64,000 bases of DNA, taken from Bacillota bacterium (lineage in GTDB: Bacteria; Bacillota; Limnochordia; Darwinibacteriales; DTU012). The notes beneath the pieces were generated by a model that had not been told where the DNA came from, made no database searches, and saw nothing but the letters and a program-made list of their open reading frames with translations. Below, piece after piece: positions 49,243-59,368 of the stretch. The stretch spans positions 7,074 to 71,073 of the forward strand of contig JAAYNP010000072.1 of NCBI GenBank assembly GCA_012520795.1, given 5' to 3'. Every line of letters begins with the position of its first letter. The first letter of the stretch is position 1. The position numbers and the translations under genes were made by a program.

Positions 49243-50124
49243 TCAGCTTCCTCCGCTTTTCGGTGGCCGGTAACTGAAAACCAAAGTCTTTCCACCGCAG
49301 AATAACAGGACAATTAACGCCATGTTTACCAGTACGCCTGTATACAGCTGTTGAAAAACAAGCTCATTGCCGGTAACTTCCGCAAATGGGAGGAAGAACT
49401 GGGTTAGAGTACGGAACACTCCGTTGAAGACTATGGCGCCAACCAGGCTCCGGCTGGAATTGAAGATCCATGTCAGGATGATGGACAATGCGGTAGTTTC
49501 AAGAAAAAGCCAGACAGGCGACAGGTTTGATTCTACCAGACCGGCAAAGTAATAAGTGGGCAGCTGCCACAATCCCCACAAAAGGCCGATGAACACACTG
49601 GCTGAAACGGCAGATCTTGTTTGCTGCAGTTTGGGTAGAAGAAAACCCCTCCAGCCGATCTCATCGGCTGCAGAACCGAAAAACAGCAGGTTCAAGAAGA
49701 AATTTGGGATCAAGAACAGGAGTCTCTGTACAGTAACTCTTGCCAATGAGACCTTGTGTATGTAGACAAGAACAGCAAGAGGGATCAGAACAGCCAATCC
49801 AGCTAAGCCAAATGCGGCTGCAATCCACTTGCGATTGCGGGAAACAGACAAAACATCGGCAAGGATCCGTTTGACGCCGCTCCTGCCTTCAATGTACCCT
49901 GTCAAAAGCAGTGCTGCCAGCGCCGGCCCAAAACTCGCCAGGATTCTGGCAATCACAAAAAACCTGGGCTCCCATACGTTCTCAACATATACGTAGGGCA
50001 AGAAAAAAGCCCAAGAAAAGGCAAAACCAATCACGAGGTACCAGAGGGAAGCATATTTCTTAAGCCATGTCAATCTAATCGACTCCTTTGTGTGAGAATC
50101 CCAATTACGGATATACTTCCCCAT
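49243..50124 (-). CDS. CPBP family intramembrane glutamic endopeptidase (CAAX protease/Abi type)
   Basis: Multi-TM protein with ADEIGWRGF (EExxxR-type motif) and later conserved helices. Confidence 0.75.
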   Translation of the reverse strand: MGKYIRNWDSHTKESIRLTWLKKYASLWYLVIGFAFSWAFFLPYVYVENVWEPRFFVIARILASFGPALAALLLTGYIEGRSGVKRILADVLSVSRNRKWIAAAFGLAGLAVLIPLAVLVYIHKVSLARVTVQRLLFLIPNFFLNLLFFGSAADEIGWRGFLLPKLQQTRSAVSASVFIGLLWGLWQLPTYYFAGLVESNLSPVWLFLETTALSIILTWIFNSSRSLVGAIVFNGVFRTLTQFFLPFAEVTGNELVFQQLYTGVLVNMALIVLLFCGGKTLVFSYRPPKSGGS

Positions 50125-50152
50125 CCGATACCGTTCTTCCTGTGACAGGCAT

Positions 50153-50190
50153 GAAAAAAGCGGGATAATTAGCGAACTAATTATCCCGCT
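50153..50190 (-). terminator. intrinsic terminator after the porin-like gene
   Basis: 13-bp stem AGCGGGATAATTA / TAATTATCCCGCT followed by a T-run on the minus strand. Confidence 0.8.
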
Positions 50191-50211
50191 TTGATTCCAT
50201 CTAAAACCCTG

Positions 50212-51831
50212 TTAGTTTAGAGGGAAGTTGATCGACAGACGAATGCCGTGGAATTTGCTGTTGTCATAGTAGCGGATGTCGTTGTAGCGATCATTGATTG
50301 CTTGGTCGCGCACGAACTTACCGGTATTCTTGTAGTCCTTGGAGCTGAGGTACTCGAGCCTGAACCCGACCTTGTTCGGTGCGTCGTACTTGGCGACCAC
50401 AGCAAACTTGAACGGATTCTCGATTTTCTCCTTATCGCTCGGCATATCATACGCGAATTTACCGCCAAGATAGACTCCCGGCAAGCGCCAGATGTCGGCT
50501 TTGAAGCCTACTTCAACGGCGCCGATCAGATGGTAGCGGCTTTCCGCAGCGAAGTTCCGATCCCAGTCGAAGTTGACAATACCCTTGACGAAGGCATCTG
50601 CAAAGCCGACCGGCAGGGCGTACTCCGGTGTGTAGAAGTCCAGAGCGTAGTCGATGCGCGGCTTACTTGTGTCTTCGTAAGGTGAAACTTGCCGTGCGCC
50701 ATCTGTGGTTTTATCGTCGGCTATAACCACATTCAACTGCTGATTCAGTGTGAAATCAAAAGCCTCTGCATCAAGACCTACTGCGATGACATCATCAAAG
50801 TCCTCGCGATGCTTCTTATTGGTGGTATCATACGAAGTGGTCAGTTTTCCGGTCACGGGATCGAGATCGAAGCTGTATTCCAGGCCAACATCAATGCTGT
50901 TATTGCGCTTCCAGAGTTCGTCGATGGGTTTGCCTTCGCCAACATAGGCCTGCTCTTTGTGAGTATCTGGGCCACCTGTCACGGAAACCTTCTTCCAGTT
51001 GCCCTCTTCTTCGGCCTCATAATCAGCCCAGAACTTGCTGTTGCGGTGGCCAGCCCAAACTTTCAGCGAATCGGAAACCTTGTACTCGCCTTTTACTTCA
51101 TACAACCAGTCTTTGTCTTGTTGATAGAAAGCATAGACACCGTTCAACTTCAGGCCGGGAACAACATCTGCAAGTTCGGCTTCCACAGCTACGTTGTGAT
51201 AGTAGTTGTATAGTGTTTCAGCATCCTCCGGCTGCGGAACCGAGTAGCGGTTCAGTGCCAGATCCAGCTTCAACACATCTATCTTCGCAGCTACGTCAAC
51301 CAAAATGTCGTTTGCTCTCGGACCGGGGGCACTTGTATAGCCGCCAGGGGCACCCCATGTTCCGCCGGGCCATACATGCGGGAACATCCAGGCAAACTTG
51401 ACTGCCAGGTCGACCGGGCCAAGGCTGTAATGGAAGGTGTCAAGAGTCAAGCCCAAGACCTTGTTTTTGCTGTCAAACTTGGCAATGTAAGGCGAGAAGT
51501 TCACGCCGAGGCGAATGCCGAACTTTGTGGTCAGACTGCGTCCATCCTGGATATAAGGCCCTGTAAAGGTGATGTGCCACCTGGCTGGTTTCTTCGCGCT
51601 CTCAGTGCCTTCATCGTAGATCTTGAAGAACGGCATTAAATGGCCTTCCTTTTCAAACTTGCCTTCTTCATCGTACTCCAGTAGATACACCAGACCCCAT
51701 ACATCTTTCTTGTCGCCGAATGCCCAGTCTGCCGATTTATACTCGACACCGCTTGCAGCGAACGCTGCTGTACTCAATGCCAACACCAAAAGTGCTGTCA
51801 AGAGTGTCAGCTTAGAAATCTTTCTCATCAT
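50212..51831 (-). CDS. secreted beta-barrel (porin-like) protein
   Basis: Start at MMRKISK behind AAAGGAG. Signal peptide ...STAAFA|AS. The mature part is rich in Gly/Asp/Tyr/Phe, with about 16 or more amphipathic alternating stretches (for example VGLEYSFDLD, IAVGLDAEAFDFTL, FAVVAKYDAP, GFRLEYLSS, GIRLSINF). I see no SLH domain. Confidence 0.6.
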   Translation of the reverse strand: MMRKISKLTLLTALLVLALSTAAFAASGVEYKSADWAFGDKKDVWGLVYLLEYDEEGKFEKEGHLMPFFKIYDEGTESAKKPARWHITFTGPYIQDGRSLTTKFGIRLGVNFSPYIAKFDSKNKVLGLTLDTFHYSLGPVDLAVKFAWMFPHVWPGGTWGAPGGYTSAPGPRANDILVDVAAKIDVLKLDLALNRYSVPQPEDAETLYNYYHNVAVEAELADVVPGLKLNGVYAFYQQDKDWLYEVKGEYKVSDSLKVWAGHRNSKFWADYEAEEEGNWKKVSVTGGPDTHKEQAYVGEGKPIDELWKRNNSIDVGLEYSFDLDPVTGKLTTSYDTTNKKHREDFDDVIAVGLDAEAFDFTLNQQLNVVIADDKTTDGARQVSPYEDTSKPRIDYALDFYTPEYALPVGFADAFVKGIVNFDWDRNFAAESRYHLIGAVEVGFKADIWRLPGVYLGGKFAYDMPSDKEKIENPFKFAVVAKYDAPNKVGFRLEYLSSKDYKNTGKFVRDQAINDRYNDIRYYDNSKFHGIRLSINFPLN

Positions 51832-51930
51832 CCTACTCCTTTGTTCTAATATTTTCACCAAACTCCGTTTACGGCAAATAGATTGAAAGCGATCGCTTCT
51901 TCTCTTCCAACCCCCCTTTGGTTATGCACA

Positions 51931-51999
51931 GGCAGTGCATAGCATATTATATTCATCCCCGTAGATATTCGCTATGAATATCATCTGCATGCACCTGCC
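51931..51999 (-). promoter_or_regulatory. long imperfect hairpin inside the leader of the porin-like gene
   Basis: GGCAGTGCAT (51931-51940) pairs with ATGCAC-CTGCC (51989-51999). The inner perfect 8-bp stem is ATATTCAT (51949-51956) with ATGAATAT (51974-51981). Confidence 0.5.
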
Positions 52000-52366
52000 T
52001 TTCTCCAATAGAGCCGTACTTTACCATGTTTCGTACTTCAATCAATGGAGAAACGCATTGGATCGCCGCGAACTGTGACGGTTCCTACAACCTCACCACA
52101 GTCCACTTGCCAGTACGGCCGCCAAGATATCCGGCAAACAGCAACCATAAACCTCGGCAGTCGCCCCCGCAACGGCTGAAAATGCACGCAGTACAGGGCA
52201 TACGCCTAATATATTCTACATTATTTATGGAATACCTTCTCAAAAACACCAATTTTTTACTGAAAATGTTAAAAACATGCTTGCAATCCAATGATGATCA
52301 ACTTATTATTCTCTATGCATTGGCAAAATCCTTTTAATCTGGAAAAGAAACCCATAAATTTTTCAT

Positions 52367-52392
52367 AAAAAAAACACCACCTTTCAGTGGTG
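52367..52392 (-). terminator. intrinsic terminator after the tRNA
   Basis: Minus strand reads CACCAC-tgaaag-GTGGTG followed by T8. Confidence 0.8.
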
Positions 52393-52409
52393 TGTGCAAC
52401 AAGCTATAA

Positions 52410-52485
52410 TGGTGGACCCCCTGGGACTTGAACCCAGGACCAACAGATTATGAGTCTGCTGCTCTAACCGCTGAGCTAGGGGTCC
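52410..52485 (-). tRNA. tRNA with CAU anticodon (Met-type; resembles lysidine-dependent tRNA-Ile2), CCA encoded
   Basis: Minus strand GGACCCCTAGCTCAGCGGTTAGAGCAGCAGACTCATAATCTGTTGGTCCTGGGTTCAAGTCCCAGGGGGTCCACCA folds as a cloverleaf: 7-bp acceptor stem, GCTC/GAGC D-stem, GCAGA/TCTGT anticodon stem, CTGGG/CCCAG T-stem. Confidence 0.92.
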
Positions 52486-52499
52486 AAGGTCACCTATGT

Positions 52500-52528
52500 A
52501 TTATACAACCAGATGTGGCTGCTGTCAA
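52500..52528 (-). promoter_or_regulatory. consensus sigma-A promoter for the tRNA (TTGACA, 17 nt, TATAAT)
   Basis: The -35 at 52523-52528 and the -10 at 52500-52505, with the tRNA 5' end 14 nt downstream. Confidence 0.7.
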
Positions 52529-52537
52529 CAAACCTCA

Positions 52538-53635
52538 CTACTGGCTGAGAAAATCCTTCAGCTTCTTGCTGCGGCTGGGATGCCTCAGTTTACGCAGCGC
52601 TTTAGCCTCAATTTGCCGAATCCGTTCCCGGGTTACGCCAAACACCTGCCCCACTTCTTCCAATGTCCTGGGGCGGCCGTCATCCAGGCCAAACCTCAAG
52701 CGCAGCACCTTTTGCTCTCTTGGTGTCAGCGATTCCAAGACTTCGCTCAATTGCTCCCGGAGCATGGTGAAACTGGCTGCCTCTGCCGGGGCAGGAGCAT
52801 CCTGGTCTTCAATAAAATCACCCAAATGACTGTCCTCTTCTTCGCCAATTGGAGTCTCCAATGAAACAGGCTCCTGGGCAATCTTCATGATCTCCCTAAC
52901 CCGTTCCACCGGAAGATCCATTTCCGCGGCGATTTCCTCCGGAGTAGGTTCGCGCCCCAACTCCTGGAGCAGCTGGCGCGAAACACGAATCAGCTTGTTG
53001 ATGGTTTCCACCATATGCACTGGAATGCGGATGGTCCGCGCTTGATCAGCAATCGCCCGGGTAATCGCCTGGCGAATCCACCAAGTAGCATAAGTGCTGA
53101 ACTTAAAGCCCTTGCGGTAATCAAACTTCTCCACCGCTTTGATCAAGCCTAGATTCCCTTCCTGAATCAAATCCAGGAACAGCATTCCCCTTCCCACATA
53201 CCTCTTGGCGATGCTGACAACCAATCGCAAATTGGCTTCGGCCAATAAACGCTTAGCTTCTTCATCGCCTTGTTCGATGCTTTTGGCATACTCCATTTCC
53301 TGCTCCGCTGTGAGCAGCGGAACGCGGCCAATCTCCTTAAGATACATCCTGACCGGATCATCCAGGCCCACACTATCGGGAACAGACAAATCAAGTTCTT
53401 CCTCATGGTGATCGATTTCACCATCTTCCTCCATTGCATCACCATCGCCGGTTTCAGGAATAATATCCACTCCCAATTCAGCGAAGCTCTCGTATATTTC
53501 GTCGATTTGTTCCGGAGACAAGTCCACATCCTGCAGTGCATCCATGATCTCGCGGTAAGAAATCAAACCTTGTTTCTTCCCGCGATCGATCAGTTCTTGA
53601 ACATGCGCCACATTCAATACATCCTTGTTTACCAT
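52538..53635 (-). CDS. sigA: primary sigma factor SigA/RpoD
   Basis: [62 protein letters not shown]. Start at ATG 53635 behind GGAAGGGGGG. Confidence 0.95.
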   Translation of the reverse strand: MVNKDVLNVAHVQELIDRGKKQGLISYREIMDALQDVDLSPEQIDEIYESFAELGVDIIPETGDGDAMEEDGEIDHHEEELDLSVPDSVGLDDPVRMYLKEIGRVPLLTAEQEMEYAKSIEQGDEEAKRLLAEANLRLVVSIAKRYVGRGMLFLDLIQEGNLGLIKAVEKFDYRKGFKFSTYATWWIRQAITRAIADQARTIRIPVHMVETINKLIRVSRQLLQELGREPTPEEIAAEMDLPVERVREIMKIAQEPVSLETPIGEEEDSHLGDFIEDQDAPAPAEAASFTMLREQLSEVLESLTPREQKVLRLRFGLDDGRPRTLEEVGQVFGVTRERIRQIEAKALRKLRHPSRSKKLKDFLSQ

Positions 53636-53673
53636 TCTCGTTCCCCCCTTCCTGTGAAGACAGTGAGCCTGAA

Positions 53674-55476
53674 CTATTGACGCCTGGCGCGAAAGATGTC
53701 CTTCCGCAGCCTGGAATAGTGCTTTACCAAGTGACAAAATTGGAGCAAAACATCTGATTCCCTATGATTCTCCACCAAAGCCAGTTTTTCCTCCATAGAG
53801 TTCAAACTGCGAAACCAAACTGCTTCCTGCAGCAGCTGAACATAATCAGTCCAGCTGCCGGAAGGTTCCGGCAGGCTCAGCAGCAGGTCGGCGACAGCCT
53901 CGCCCTGCTTATCCCAAGCATCTGACAACAACAAGGAAAATAAATGCTTATAATCTGGATTGGAAAAGCTTTCGGCATCAAGGCCGATGGCCAGCATTTC
54001 ACCGATGAGATCGGGATCTGCCATCAAGATCTGCATCACACTGGTTTCAACAGCCATTGCCTGTTCAGAGCTTGATGGATCTGTTTGGCCGGTGGTGCCG
54101 CCGCGCAAATCTTTAATAGTATATCTATTTTTCGGTGCAATATGTGAGTTTCTACCATCCCTGCCCAATTTTTCCCGCGAGCCAATCCTGTTGGCGGCCC
54201 GGTTTAACTCTGCATTGATCACCGCTTGGTCAATTGACAATAGCTCGGCAACATATTTACTGTATTCAACTCGTTCTATTATACTATCAACCTGCCTCAG
54301 TATATTAATAATTTCTTTTGCCGCGTTTACTTTTCCTTCTGGTGAATTAATGTCATGCTGAGATGCAATCGTTTTAATCTGGTACACCAAATAAGGATCG
54401 GCCTGTTCCACCCATTCCATGACTTCCCCGGTCCCGCGGCTGCGGGCAAACGAGTCGGGATCCGATCCCTCGGGCACAACAGCAACCCTGACATTCAACC
54501 CCGCGTCCACCAGGATATTCAATCCACGCTGCGTAGCCTTGACACCGGCCAGGTCACTGTCGAAGGCGATAACCACATTTTTGGTCAAACGCGAGATTAA
54601 TCTGGCGTGATGTTCAGTAAAAGCTGTCCCGAGGCTGGCGGCAACATTGGTGACTCCTTTGGCGTAAAGGCTGATATAATCAGTGTAACCCTCAACCAGA
54701 ACGAGGCAGTTGCGCTGCTTGATACTGCCTTTGGACCAGTTTAGGCCGTACAGGTTCCGGCCTTTGTGGAAAATCAAGGTTTCCGGAGTGTTTAGGTATT
54801 TCGGTTCACCTGATCCAATGATCCTGCCGCCAAATCCGACGAAACGTTTGTTAAGATCGCAAATTGGAAAAATGATCCGGCTGCGGAAACGATCATAGTA
54901 ACCGCGCTGGCCTTTGATAATCAATCCTGCTTCCTCCGCCAGTTCAAGCGGTAACTCTGTATTGGCCTCAAGAAAGCTAACCAAGCCATCCCAGGCATCC
55001 GGCGCAAAACCCAAATAGAACTGTTTGGCCAACTCATGGCCAATCCCTCTTTGCACCAGGTAACTGCGGGCTTCCTGCCCAATATCAGACCGGAGCATCC
55101 GGTAATAGTATACGGCAGCCAAACGGTTGAGCTCATACATTTGCTGGGCTTTTACGCCCCGTTCGCTCTGCTGCGGCGAAATCCTGGGAGGCTCCAGGCC
55201 GGCATGCTCCGCCAAGGCGGCCACAGCCTCGGGGAAAGTCATCTGCCGGGAATTGACCAAGTAGTTGTATACGTCGCCGCCACTGCCGCACCCAAAACAA
55301 TAGTATAATTGATTGCTGCGGCTGACGGTGAAGGATGGCGTCTTTTCATCATGAAATGGGCAGAGGCCTACGAAGTTGCGTCCCCTTTGAGTCAGTTTCA
55401 CATCCTTGCCGATAATCTCCACGATGTCCACCGCAGTGCGCACTTTCTCAATAAACTCCTGGCCAAACTGGGGCAC
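53674..55476 (-). CDS. dnaG: DNA primase
   Basis: Zinc finger [16 protein letters not shown], Toprim LVEGYTD, and its position upstream of sigA. Confidence 0.95.
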   Translation of the reverse strand: MPQFGQEFIEKVRTAVDIVEIIGKDVKLTQRGRNFVGLCPFHDEKTPSFTVSRSNQLYYCFGCGSGGDVYNYLVNSRQMTFPEAVAALAEHAGLEPPRISPQQSERGVKAQQMYELNRLAAVYYYRMLRSDIGQEARSYLVQRGIGHELAKQFYLGFAPDAWDGLVSFLEANTELPLELAEEAGLIIKGQRGYYDRFRSRIIFPICDLNKRFVGFGGRIIGSGEPKYLNTPETLIFHKGRNLYGLNWSKGSIKQRNCLVLVEGYTDYISLYAKGVTNVAASLGTAFTEHHARLISRLTKNVVIAFDSDLAGVKATQRGLNILVDAGLNVRVAVVPEGSDPDSFARSRGTGEVMEWVEQADPYLVYQIKTIASQHDINSPEGKVNAAKEIINILRQVDSIIERVEYSKYVAELLSIDQAVINAELNRAANRIGSREKLGRDGRNSHIAPKNRYTIKDLRGGTTGQTDPSSSEQAMAVETSVMQILMADPDLIGEMLAIGLDAESFSNPDYKHLFSLLLSDAWDKQGEAVADLLLSLPEPSGSWTDYVQLLQEAVWFRSLNSMEEKLALVENHRESDVLLQFCHLVKHYSRLRKDIFRARRQ

Positions 55477-55488
55477 ATTATCACCTCA

Positions 55489-56499
55489 CTAATCGAGCGA
55501 CCACCCCTGCGGCAAAAACAACCTCCTAAACTCACCAATAGCATAACTGTCGGTCATGCCGGCAATATAATCCGCTATTGACCGCGGCAACCCTTCAGGC
55601 GCCTGAGCCAGCCCCAACCGCTCCATCAGCTCCTTGGGATGTTCCAGATAATAACGGTAGAGCATTCTCAACAGCATCTCAACTTTGGTTTCTTCTGTTT
55701 TGGCTGCTGACCCGATGTAGACATTTTCAAAGAGAAATTTGCGCAGCATGTCTGTGGCTTCTTGGACTTCATCGCTCATACAAATCTTAGTGTTGCCCTT
55801 ACTGCAGTAAATTAAATCTTTAACCATGGTATCGATCCGCTGCGACCGGGTGGAACCCAATATACCCACTGCTTTGGCAGGCAGATCGCCCTCTGTGATC
55901 AACCCGGCGCGAATCGCATCGTCAATATCATGGTTTATATAAGCAACTCGATCACAGACGCGAACAACCCGGCCTTCCAGTGTCTTCGGCATCTCGGCGC
56001 CTGTATGACATAAAATGCCATCCCTAACCTCAAATGTCAGGTTCAGGCCCGGGAAATCCGGTTTATGGCGTTCCAACAGGTCTACCACCCGCAGACTCTG
56101 TTCATTGTGGCGAAAGTGGCCGGTCAGTTCCTGCAAAATAGTCTCGCCTGCATGGCCAAAAGGAGTATGCCCCAAATCATGCCCCAGGGCAATGGCCTCC
56201 ACCAAATCTTCATTCAGTGCCAAAGCACGGGCAACAGTGCGGCCAATCTGAGCTACTTCCAATGTATGGGTCAACCTGGTTCGATAATGATCTCCTTCTG
56301 GAGCAATGAAAACCTGCGTTTTTGATTTCAGCCGCCGAAAACTCTTGGAATGAATGATCCGATCCCGATCGCGTTGAAAAGCTGTCCGCACTTCGCACTC
56401 CGGCTCGGGATACTGCCTACCGGCACTGGCGCTGGCCAGGGTTGCCGCTTGTGACAGCATCTCCCTCTCGCGTTTTTCATATTCCAAGCGCAGCTGCAT
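55489..56499 (-). CDS. dgt: dGTPase-like HD-domain triphosphohydrolase
   Basis: FQRDRDRIIHSKSFRRLK, RLTHTLEV, HDLGHTPFGH. Start at ATG 56499 behind GGGAG. Confidence 0.85.
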   Translation of the reverse strand: MQLRLEYEKREREMLSQAATLASASAGRQYPEPECEVRTAFQRDRDRIIHSKSFRRLKSKTQVFIAPEGDHYRTRLTHTLEVAQIGRTVARALALNEDLVEAIALGHDLGHTPFGHAGETILQELTGHFRHNEQSLRVVDLLERHKPDFPGLNLTFEVRDGILCHTGAEMPKTLEGRVVRVCDRVAYINHDIDDAIRAGLITEGDLPAKAVGILGSTRSQRIDTMVKDLIYCSKGNTKICMSDEVQEATDMLRKFLFENVYIGSAAKTEETKVEMLLRMLYRYYLEHPKELMERLGLAQAPEGLPRSIADYIAGMTDSYAIGEFRRLFLPQGWSLD

Positions 56500-56523
56500 T
56501 CCATCACTCCCACTTTTTGCTAA

Positions 56524-56589
56524 CAATAATAAATACCCATACGATTACTGTATGGGTTCACCAAAACGGGGGAAGATTCCTTCCCCCGT
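56524..56589 (-). terminator. two tandem hairpin terminators after ppdK
   Basis: ACGGGGGAAG-gaat-CTTCCCCCGT followed by TTTT, then ACCCATA-loop-TATGGGT followed by a T-rich tail (minus strand). Confidence 0.7.
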
Positions 56590-56609
56590 GATGAGTCTTC
56601 TGACAAAAC

Positions 56610-59243
56610 CTACCGCGGATTGCGGATGTTGGCTTGAGCTGCCGCTAAGCGGGCAATTGGCACCCGGAACGGCGAGCAGCTGACATAGTTGAGGCCAACC
56701 TGGTGGAAGAAATCAATCGAAGCCGGATCCCCGCCATGTTCGCCGCAAACACCCAGTTTCAAATTGGGATCGGTTTCACGGCCTTTTTGAACCCCAATCT
56801 CAACCAATGATCCGACACCTACTTGGTCGAGGGTTTGGAATGGATCCTTTTCCAGAATGCCCTTCTCCACATAAATCGGGAGGAAGTGAGCTACGTCGTC
56901 ACGGCTGAAGCCGAATGTCATCTGAGTTAGGTCGTTGGTACCAAACGAGAAAAATTCGGCCTCTCGAGCAATCTGATCGGCAGTTACTGCTGCCCGCGGC
57001 AGTTCAAGCATTGTGCCAATGGAATACTGAAGGGTGACACCGTACTCTTCCTCAACTTCCTTGGCTACCTCAATGCAGACATCCTTCATCAGCTTGAGCT
57101 CCTGGACCGCACCGACCAGTGGAATCATGATCTCAGGAATTACCTTTTGACCAGCCTTGATCAATTCAGCCGCAGCTTCAAAGATGGCTCTGGCCTGCAT
57201 GGCATAAATCTCCGGATAGGTCACGCCTAACCGGCAGCCGCGATGGCCAAGCATTGGGTTCAACTCTTTCAGGCTGTTAACAGTCTGGTTCAGTTCATCA
57301 ATGCTGACACCCATCTCATTTGCGAGTTCACTGATTGCTTCTGGCTCAGTCGGTAAGAATTCATGCAGTGGTGGATCAAGCAAGCGAATAGTCACCGGCA
57401 GTCCCTGCATTTCTTTGAAAATGCCTACAAAGTCGCTCTTCTGGTACGGCAGTAATTTCGCTAACGCTGCCTCTCTGCCAGCTTGATCTTTTGCCAGAAT
57501 CATTTGACGTACTGCCTTGATCCGGTCACCTTCAAAGAACATATGCTCAGTGCGGCACAAGCCAATACCCTCGGCACCAAATTCCCGGGCTACCTGAGCA
57601 TCATGAGGAGTGTCGGCATTGGTGCGGATTCCCAAAGCTCTGTATTCATCGGCCCATGCCATGAGAGTACCAAAGTTACCTGTCAGTTCAGGATCGATTA
57701 GTTTAGTCTTGCCCAAGATTACCTCACCGGTGGAACCATTCAAGGTAATCCAGTCGCCTTCTTTCAAGACATGGCCGTTGATGTTGACGATCTTCTTCTT
57801 CTCATCAATCCTGGCATCGCCACATCCGGCTACACAGCATTTGCCCATACCCCGGGCAACAACAGCTGCGTGCGAGGTCATACCGCCGCGGGATGTGAGG
57901 ATACCTTCAGCAGCATCCATGCCACCGATATCTTCCGGAGAGGTCTCGGTACGTACAAGAATGACCTGCTCTCCCCGTTCTTTCCAAGCTTCTGCCTCGT
58001 GTGCGGTAAAGACGATCCGGCCGATGGCTGCACCTGGTGAAGCAGGCAAACCTTTGGCAATCACATCGAGCTTGGCATCGGGATCAATGCGTTTGTGCAG
58101 CAGTTGATCCAGCTGTTGAGGATCGATCCGCAGCAGCGCATCTTTCTTATCGATCAAGCCCTCCTCCACCATTTCAACAGCAATTCTTACTGCAGCTTGA
58201 GCGGTACGTTTGCCCACACGGGTCTGGAGCATGTAAAGCTTATCTTCCTGGATGGTGAACTCAATGTCCTGCATATCGCGATAATGCTGTTCCAGTTTCT
58301 TGTAGATGGACACCAATTCCTGATAAATCTCAGGTTTGGATTCCGCCAACTGTTTAATTGGGTTAGGAGTGCGGATACCAGCAACTACGTCCTCACCTTG
58401 AGCATTCATCAAGTATTCTCCATAGAATACGTTTTCACCGGTTGAGGGATTGCGGGTAAATGCTACACCTGTACCGGAATTATCACCCATGTTCCCAAAC
58501 ACCATAGTCTGCACGTTGACAGCTGTGCCCCAATCACCCGGAATGTCATTCAGCTCGCGGTACCGAATCGCCCGGGGATTGTTCCACGACGAGAACACAG
58601 CATCAATTGCGCCTCTCAGCTGCTCCATTGGATCATTTGGGAACAACCGGCCTGCTTCCTTCAGGACAATAGCCTTATATTTGCTGACCAGTTCCTGAAG
58701 ATCTTCAGCCGTCAGGTCAGTATCATCATGTACTCCTTTTGCGGTTTTGGCTGCCTGCAGCGCTTCTTCGAACTTGTCGTGCTCCACACCCATGACCACA
58801 TCGCCGTACATCTGAATGAAGCGCCGAAAGGAGTCCCATCCAAACCGCGGGTTGCCAGATTTGGCAATCAAGCCCTGGACTGTTTCATCATTTAAACCAA
58901 GGTTAAGCACCGTATCCATCATGCCCGGCATGGAAACACGGGCTCCGGAACGGACTGAAACCAGCAAGGGATTCTTGGGATCGCCGAACTTGGCACCCAT
59001 TGCCTCTTCAATCTTGGCCAGGTTCTCCACGACCTGTTCTTCTAAACCTGCCGGCCACTTTTGATCATTGTTATAAAACTCTATACATGCTTCGGTAGTA
59101 ATAGTGAAGCCAGCCGGAACAGGTATTCCCAGCTCGACCATTTCAGCAAGGTTTGCCCCTTTGCCACCTACCAAAATCTTGTTTCCAGCCTGGCCGTCAG
59201 TTTTACCATTACCAAAAAAGTACACCCATTTTTTGGTTGACAT
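56610..59243 (-). CDS. ppdK: pyruvate, phosphate dikinase
   Basis: [13 protein letters not shown], phosphohistidine loop [14 protein letters not shown]-terminal CGEHGGDP. Start at ATG 59243 behind AAGGAGG. Confidence 0.95.
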   Translation of the reverse strand: MSTKKWVYFFGNGKTDGQAGNKILVGGKGANLAEMVELGIPVPAGFTITTEACIEFYNNDQKWPAGLEEQVVENLAKIEEAMGAKFGDPKNPLLVSVRSGARVSMPGMMDTVLNLGLNDETVQGLIAKSGNPRFGWDSFRRFIQMYGDVVMGVEHDKFEEALQAAKTAKGVHDDTDLTAEDLQELVSKYKAIVLKEAGRLFPNDPMEQLRGAIDAVFSSWNNPRAIRYRELNDIPGDWGTAVNVQTMVFGNMGDNSGTGVAFTRNPSTGENVFYGEYLMNAQGEDVVAGIRTPNPIKQLAESKPEIYQELVSIYKKLEQHYRDMQDIEFTIQEDKLYMLQTRVGKRTAQAAVRIAVEMVEEGLIDKKDALLRIDPQQLDQLLHKRIDPDAKLDVIAKGLPASPGAAIGRIVFTAHEAEAWKERGEQVILVRTETSPEDIGGMDAAEGILTSRGGMTSHAAVVARGMGKCCVAGCGDARIDEKKKIVNINGHVLKEGDWITLNGSTGEVILGKTKLIDPELTGNFGTLMAWADEYRALGIRTNADTPHDAQVAREFGAEGIGLCRTEHMFFEGDRIKAVRQMILAKDQAGREAALAKLLPYQKSDFVGIFKEMQGLPVTIRLLDPPLHEFLPTEPEAISELANEMGVSIDELNQTVNSLKELNPMLGHRGCRLGVTYPEIYAMQARAIFEAAAELIKAGQKVIPEIMIPLVGAVQELKLMKDVCIEVAKEVEEEYGVTLQYSIGTMLELPRAAVTADQIAREAEFFSFGTNDLTQMTFGFSRDDVAHFLPIYVEKGILEKDPFQTLDQVGVGSLVEIGVQKGRETDPNLKLGVCGEHGGDPASIDFFHQVGLNYVSCSPFRVPIARLAAAQANIRNPR

Positions 59244-59368
59244 AGCTGTTATTCCTCCTTCAACTGATTCTATAGTCAAGATTCAAGCAGAAGCCTCAAC
59301 TCTGCTTGGCGCACACCGAGTCTATTATTCGGTAAAATGTGGAAGAATCCTTCCGTGCAACATACATT

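Noticed and set aside
52026-52337. ORFs 52026-52337 (plus strand) and 52085-52291 (minus strand) in the long leader
   Set aside because: They have no RBS, odd composition and no recognisable domain, and they overlap each other on opposite strands. I treat them as non-coding, but tblastx should confirm that.
51862-52368. Possible match of the leader to known riboswitches (cobalamin, ZTP/pfl, THF, glycine, M-box, c-di-GMP)
   Set aside because: I looked for the core motifs: the B12 box; GGGUCGUGACUGGCG with CCGCCUGGGCA for ZTP; AGUAG with CGCGUUA for THF; and the cores of the other three classes. Only fragmentary resemblances are present (for example CGUACUGGCAAG), without the partner elements. 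A cmscan is still needed.
42729-52409. tRNA-adjacent block as an integrative mobile element or defence island
   Set aside because: I see no integrase, recombinase or transposase, no att-like repeat of the tRNA 3' end at the far boundary, and only housekeeping-type gene content. It is reported as a synteny observation only.
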